Source of the DNA: Spirochaetia bacterium
Lineage (GTDB): Bacteria > Spirochaetota > Spirochaetia > SZUA-6 > Bin103
Length of the DNA: 64,000 nt
Assembly: GCA_965203905.1 (NCBI GenBank)
Contig: CBDBDQ010000005.1
Location: 6,656,001 to 6,720,000, forward strand
Direction of reading: 5' to 3'
Part shown: positions 59,226 to 64,000 of the stretch, one piece after another
Numbering within the stretch: position 1 is the first letter of the stretch
How the letters are laid out: every line of letters starts with the position of its first letter
Notes under the pieces: generated by a model
What the model was told of the DNA's origin: nothing
Databases searched by the model: none
Seen by the model: only the letters and a program-made list of their open reading frames with translations
Program-made: the position numbers and the translations under genes

Positions 59226-60404
59226 ATGGCGAAGACCTATCGCGCCGCATTGCTGGGCTGCGGCAAACGGGGCACACACGCCTCGCGCGCTTATCGCTTC
59301 CACCCGCGCACCGAGGTGGTCGGACTGTGCGACCTGGACCGGGAGCGGCTGCGCCGGCTGGGCGACGAGCTGGGCGTCGACGCCCGCTTCGAGGATGTCG
59401 AGGCGATGCTCGCGGCCGTGGAACCGGATATCGTCATCGTGCCGGTGCAGACCGACCTGCACTTCCCGCTGGCGATGAGGGTGCTGGATTCGCGCGCCTG
59501 TCACCTGGACGTCGAGAAGCCGATGACGGTCGACCTGGCGCAGGCCGACGCGCTGCTGGCGCGGGCCGAGGAGCTCGGCAGGCAGATCGCCGTGCACCAC
59601 CAGGGCGGCTCGCGGCGCTCGCTCGGCGCCGTCAAGCAGGCGCTGGACTCGGGGCGCATCGGCGTGCCGCTGCACGTCACCTGCAACGGCAAGGGCTACT
59701 ACGGTGGCTACGAGCTGATGAACATAGGCACCCACATGCTCAACGCGTTGCTGGCCGTGACCGGGCCGTGCCGGCGGGTCACCGCCTCCCTGCTCACGGA
59801 CGGCCGCCCGATCACCGCGGAGGACGTGGTGCAGTCCCCCGCCGGCATGGGCACCATCGCCGGCCAGCAGATCACTGCCACCCTGGAGTTCGACGAAATG
59901 CTGACCGGCACGCTGCTCCAGCACATGTTCCCCGCCATCGACAAGGTGGCGATGGGCTTCGAGATCGCCGGCACCGAGGGGCGGCTGCGCTGGCACTACG
60001 GCGGCGGCTGGATCCAGCAGGTGCCGTGGGCGCTGCCGGACCGCGCCCGGTGGGAGGCGCTGCCAGAGCAACGCCTTCCGGCACGGTTGCCAAAGGGTGT
60101 CTCGGACGATGAGTACTGGTACGTGGACGACTACGTGAACGCGCTGGACACCGGCGGCAGCCATCCCAGCGACGGACACCGCGGGCGCCACATCATGGAG
60201 ATCATCCTCGCGATCTTCGAATCGGGCGCCTACCGGCGGCCGGTCACGCTGCCGCAGGCCGAACGCGACCACCCGCTGCTGCGCCTGCGCCGCGAAGCCG
60301 GCCTGGGCGCTCCCGACCCCGCCCCGCGGAAGTACCGGGACTGGCTCGCCGTGCAGGCCGCCAGGCATGGCTGGCCCGTCGAGCGCACGGGGGCGCTGCC
60401 ATGA
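59226..60404 (+). CDS. Gfo/Idh/MocA oxidoreductase
   Basis: LGCGKRG..H, VEKPM, NIGTH. Confidence 0.9.
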   Translation: MAKTYRAALLGCGKRGTHASRAYRFHPRTEVVGLCDLDRERLRRLGDELGVDARFEDVEAMLAAVEPDIVIVPVQTDLHFPLAMRVLDSRACHLDVEKPMTVDLAQADALLARAEELGRQIAVHHQGGSRRSLGAVKQALDSGRIGVPLHVTCNGKGYYGGYELMNIGTHMLNALLAVTGPCRRVTASLLTDGRPITAEDVVQSPAGMGTIAGQQITATLEFDEMLTGTLLQHMFPAIDKVAMGFEIAGTEGRLRWHYGGGWIQQVPWALPDRARWEALPEQRLPARLPKGVSDDEYWYVDDYVNALDTGGSHPSDGHRGRHIMEIILAIFESGAYRRPVTLPQAERDHPLLRLRREAGLGAPDPAPRKYRDWLAVQAARHGWPVERTGALP

Positions 60405-60465
60405 TCGTGGGGTGACCGGACCCCGTGCCTTGTGCGAAACGCCGCCTTCATGTGAAACTGTATAT

Positions 60466-60708
60466 GTGAAAAATATCACAGTAGCGGTGGATGACGAGGT
60501 CCATCGCCGGGCCCGGATCAAGGCAGCCGAACGTGCAACGTCCGTGTCGGCGGTAGTTCGAGAGTTCCTCATCAACTGGTCCGGCGAGGAGACCGAGTTC
60601 GAGCGCCGCAAGCGATTGCAGGACGAAACGGTTGCCGCCATCGACACGTTCAGCGCCGGCGATCGGCTGCCGCGAGAGCAGGTGCACCGGGATGCCGGCT
60701 TTCGTTGA
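60466..60708 (+). CDS. RHH-type antitoxin
   Basis: KNITVAVDDEVHRRARIKAAE..SVSAVVREFL. Confidence 0.85.
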   Translation: MKNITVAVDDEVHRRARIKAAERATSVSAVVREFLINWSGEETEFERRKRLQDETVAAIDTFSAGDRLPREQVHRDAGFR

Positions 60709-61024
60709 CACCAACGTGCTCCTGTACTTCGTGAGCACGACGGCGAGCCAGGCGAACAAGCGTTCGACCGCACGCGCCATCCTGGATCGAGACGATCTGG
60801 TGTTGTCGGCGCAGGTGCTGCGGGAGTTCTACGTGCAGGCTACCAGAACGACGAAACCAGACCGCCTCGCGCACTCGCCCGCTGCCGCGCTCATCGAGTC
60901 ATGGCTGCGTTTCCGGATCATCGAAACGACCGTGCCGCTGGTGCAACACGCGCTGGCGACGGCGGAGCGGTCGCAGATCTCCTACTCTGATCCGGCAGTA
61001 GTGGAGGCCGCCCGAACCGGGTAG
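60692..61024 (+). pseudogene. vapC: VapC PIN toxin, C-terminally truncated
   Basis: FVDTNVLLY..QVLREF..ISYSD; stop before the expected SED motif. Confidence 0.75.
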
Positions 61025-61548
61025 TTGCTCGACCCATTATTCAGAGTACCTGCACCCGCAACGTTCTCCACAGGACGGAGAGTGACCCGCAGCTCGCAGG
61101 TCTCGCCCTCCAGATCCCCGCGCAGGATGTAGGTGTCGGCTTCGCGCAGCCCGGGTAGGCCTCGTGGTCAATCGTTACGTCGGACCGGATGCGGGACGAC
61201 GACTTGATCCGCCGGCGGCCATGGACACGGACTCTGCCCCAGCCGCGGAAGAGCTGCCCGTGGTCGCAGGACAATATCCCACGCGACGACCATGGCACCG
61301 CCGAACCTCTCGGCACCCCGCAGTCACCCAAAGAGACCCCTCCCACCCTACACGGGCAATGTGGCACCGTGGACAACCGCAGCAGGTTAACGACAATGCG
61401 ATGCATTGCCACCAACATCGACGGTGTCAACGGTCTCAAACGACGGTGCGTTGACAACCGACGGAATACCGCTTAGTCTACGACCCGCAACAAGCAGCCG
61501 AGACATCTCGTGAAGTGCGTATTCGCAGAGACAACATAGGCACCTAAA

Positions 61549-62544
61549 ATGAAGCTCAGCAGATATGTACTAGTACGATTTGGCCAAATGCTGCTACTAA
61601 TTATTGTTGTTTCCATATTGAGCTTTTTGATAATCCAACTACCGCCCGGCGATTATCTTACCGTGCTTAAGTCGCAGCTACAAATGGAGTATATGGATGA
61701 GGAAACGATCCAGCGAACCCTTGCGGCAATTAATGAACGATTTTCACTAGATGAACCTCCATACATGCAGTATATCAAGTGGGTCAGCGGGATTCTCAAG
61801 GGAGATCTTGGTTATTCTTTCGCATTACGCGATAAAGTAGGCAAGTTGATCGGGGAAAGGATTGGACTAACCATCCTCATCTCTTTTTGTACCATGCTCT
61901 TCACTTGGTTCGTCGCGATACCAATCGGTGTATACTCTTCGATTCGCCAGTACTCGATTGGTGATTCCATCTTTACATTCATTGGATTCATCGGCCTAGC
62001 TACTCCAAATTTCCTACTTGCTCTGATACTTATGTACATCGCTGTCACGGTATTCGACGCAGCTGGCATAGGAGGACTTTTTTCCAGGGAGTTTGCGCTT
62101 TCACCGTGGTCGATCGCAAAGTTCTGGGACCTGCTCAAACATCTGTGGCTACCGGTAGTAATCGTTGGGACCGCCGGCACCGCAGAAATGATCAGGGTAA
62201 TTAGAGCTAGGATGCTCGATGTTCTCGGCGAGCCCTACATCAACACCGCTCGTATGAAGGGTATTAGCGAACACAAAGTAATCCTGAAACATGCGCTTCG
62301 GGTAGCCTTTAATCCAGTTATAAGCAGAGCCGGAATGAGTCTGCGAGATATCATAAGTGGAGAGCTGATCACCGCTGTGGTTCTTGCTCTACCTACGATA
62401 GGTCCTTTGCTGCTTAGATCTCTACTAGCTGAAGATATGTATCTGGCTTGCACCATTCTAATGATTTTGGCGATTGCTCTTGTGGTGGGCAACTTTGTTG
62501 CTGATCTGCTTCTAGTTTGGTTAGATCCGCGAATACGTTTTTGA
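61549..62544 (+). CDS. DppB-like permease (lower-GC block)
   Basis: LPPGD, YINTARMKG..KHALR, DPRIRF. Confidence 0.93.
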   Translation: MKLSRYVLVRFGQMLLLIIVVSILSFLIIQLPPGDYLTVLKSQLQMEYMDEETIQRTLAAINERFSLDEPPYMQYIKWVSGILKGDLGYSFALRDKVGKLIGERIGLTILISFCTMLFTWFVAIPIGVYSSIRQYSIGDSIFTFIGFIGLATPNFLLALILMYIAVTVFDAAGIGGLFSREFALSPWSIAKFWDLLKHLWLPVVIVGTAGTAEMIRVIRARMLDVLGEPYINTARMKGISEHKVILKHALRVAFNPVISRAGMSLRDIISGELITAVVLALPTIGPLLLRSLLAEDMYLACTILMILAIALVVGNFVADLLLVWLDPRIRF

Positions 62545-62578
62545 TTAGTTGAGAGGTCGGTTAGTCTGTGGAGGCTTG

Positions 62579-63664
62579 ATGAGCTCACGAATTGCGGCTA
62601 TTGACACTACCCAGACTGTATCCTATTGGAGCTTGATCCGACAGAAGTTCCTTAGAAATAGAGCTGCTGTCGCGGGAATCTCAATCATGACGCTTTTCTA
62701 TCTCATAGTGCTCCCCGCTGAGTTCACAGCTCCATACCATCTTCAAGCAAGACATCGTGACCTTGTTGCCGCTCCACCGCAGAAGGTGCACTTCATAGAC
62801 ATGGAGAATGGTTTTAGTCTCCGCCCGTTTGTATATGGATTGAACAAAGCTCGCGATCCTAAGAGCTTTCGGAGAGTTTATACCGTAGATACAAGCCTTA
62901 AGTTTGATATTCGGCTTCTTCATCATGACAGTAAAGGTGTTCTACATTTGTTTGGGGTGAGAGATGGATATGTCTTCCTACTTGGGACCGATCTGCAAGG
63001 ACGCGATATGTTGTCGCGGGTCATATATGGCGGAAGAATATCGCTCACAGTTGGCTTATTGGGTGTTCTTATTTCTTTGACGATCGGCACGGTAATTGGT
63101 TTAGTATCTGGATATTTTGGTGGCCACGTCGATAGCATTATTCAGCGTTCCATCGAGATCTTAATGAGTTTTCCGAGCATCCCATTATGGCTCGCATTAT
63201 CGGCGGCGCTTCCGGCTGAGTGGAATCCAATTAAGGTCTTTTTTGCTGTCACCATAATACTATCGGTGATCGGCTGGGGAGGCTTGGGTCGAGTTGTAAG
63301 AGGCATCACACTAGCTATGAAAACTGAGGAATATGTCGAGGCAGCGAGAATGAATGGTGCTACTACCTGGTGGATCCTGTGGCGACACCTGTTACCTGGC
63401 AACCTCAGCTATATAATCGTGCAAGCTACACTCGCCGTACCTAGCATGATACTCGGCGAGACCGCCCTGAGCTTCTTGGGATTGGGAATCCGGCCTCCCA
63501 TGACAAGTTGGGGAGTGCTGCTTAAGCAGGCTCAGGATACTACGGTCATCGCCCACCAACCTTGGCTGATCCTTCCTGTAGTTTTGGTCGTAATAAGTGT
63601 TCTTTGCCTGAATTTCATCGGAGACGGGATGAGAGATGCGGCGGATCCGTTTTCCCGTCACTAG
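62579..63664 (+). CDS. DppC-like permease (lower-GC block)
   Basis: LGTDLQGRD, YVEAARMNG, ETALSFLGLG, GDGMRDAADP. Confidence 0.93.
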   Translation: MSSRIAAIDTTQTVSYWSLIRQKFLRNRAAVAGISIMTLFYLIVLPAEFTAPYHLQARHRDLVAAPPQKVHFIDMENGFSLRPFVYGLNKARDPKSFRRVYTVDTSLKFDIRLLHHDSKGVLHLFGVRDGYVFLLGTDLQGRDMLSRVIYGGRISLTVGLLGVLISLTIGTVIGLVSGYFGGHVDSIIQRSIEILMSFPSIPLWLALSAALPAEWNPIKVFFAVTIILSVIGWGGLGRVVRGITLAMKTEEYVEAARMNGATTWWILWRHLLPGNLSYIIVQATLAVPSMILGETALSFLGLGIRPPMTSWGVLLKQAQDTTVIAHQPWLILPVVLVVISVLCLNFIGDGMRDAADPFSRH

Positions 63665-63748
63665 TGAAAGCGCAGGAGGGATGTGTAGGCGCCCATTGGC
63701 GATTCGTCTACATCGCGTACCACCGCCAAAATCGAATTCGGAGCAACT

Positions 63749-64000
63749 ATGAATATCACAAAATGCCACGACAGCCAGTACGGAAGGCTCGACGTCACGC
63801 CAACTGGACCGATCCCGGCTGGAGTGAACGAAAAATTCCAGTTCAAATACACTGCAGGGCCTGCCGGGATTTCCGAGGGTGGGAAGATTCACATTCTTGA
63901 GCGTCATGCCAGTGACTGGGGAACCCCTCAAATGGACAACCCGGAAGCGCCCAACTACATGTGGGTAAGCGCTCCTGACGGCCGCGAGTGTGAATTGGAT
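63749..64000 (+). CDS. Probable DUF3604-type protein, N-terminus (runs off window)
   Basis: YTAGPAGISEGG..RHASDWGTPQMDNPEAPNY. Confidence 0.55.
   Translation, partial: MNITKCHDSQYGRLDVTPTGPIPAGVNEKFQFKYTAGPAGISEGGKIHILERHASDWGTPQMDNPEAPNYMWVSAPDGRECELD

Noticed and set aside
1-64000. CRISPR array, rRNA or tRNA genes
   Set aside because: No regularly spaced repeat-spacer pattern, no cas genes, and no recognisable structural RNA gene seen by eye.

Overview
GC-rich bacterial accessory region. The solute-binding proteins have Cys-less '(F/W)A(S/T)xxEE' N-termini, which suggests a Spirochaetota host (inference only). The scaffold is five complete and one partial minus-strand DppA/B/C-type ABC importer operons, none with an ATPase gene, plus a lower-GC dppBC pair at the right end. 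Catabolic genes include a VOC protein, an HpcH-like aldolase, a secreted vanadium haloperoxidase-like protein, SDR, PhyH, Zn-ADH, amidohydrolase, GDH and Gfo/Idh/MocA. Between the operons lie about 12 type II toxin-antitoxin modules or remnants, AAA-ATPase genes and fragments, an Rpn-like nuclease, an IS1182-family element, a dead RIT-like tyrosine recombinase and a DUF222-HNH gene. The most striking pattern is that the DNA separating these cargo modules consists of diverged, displaced copies of pieces of resident genes. These are mostly the 3' end of dppC (..GDAxRDLLDPRLR..), and also the SDR and PhyH 3' ends and pieces of the aldolase, haloperoxidase, dppA and dppB genes, often collapsed by microhomology deletions. 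It resembles a cassette array built by repeated integration at gene tails, but no intact integrase is present in the window. All family calls come from motif recognition by eye; no database searches were run. Several single-base frameshifts fall in homopolymers and may be sequencing errors.
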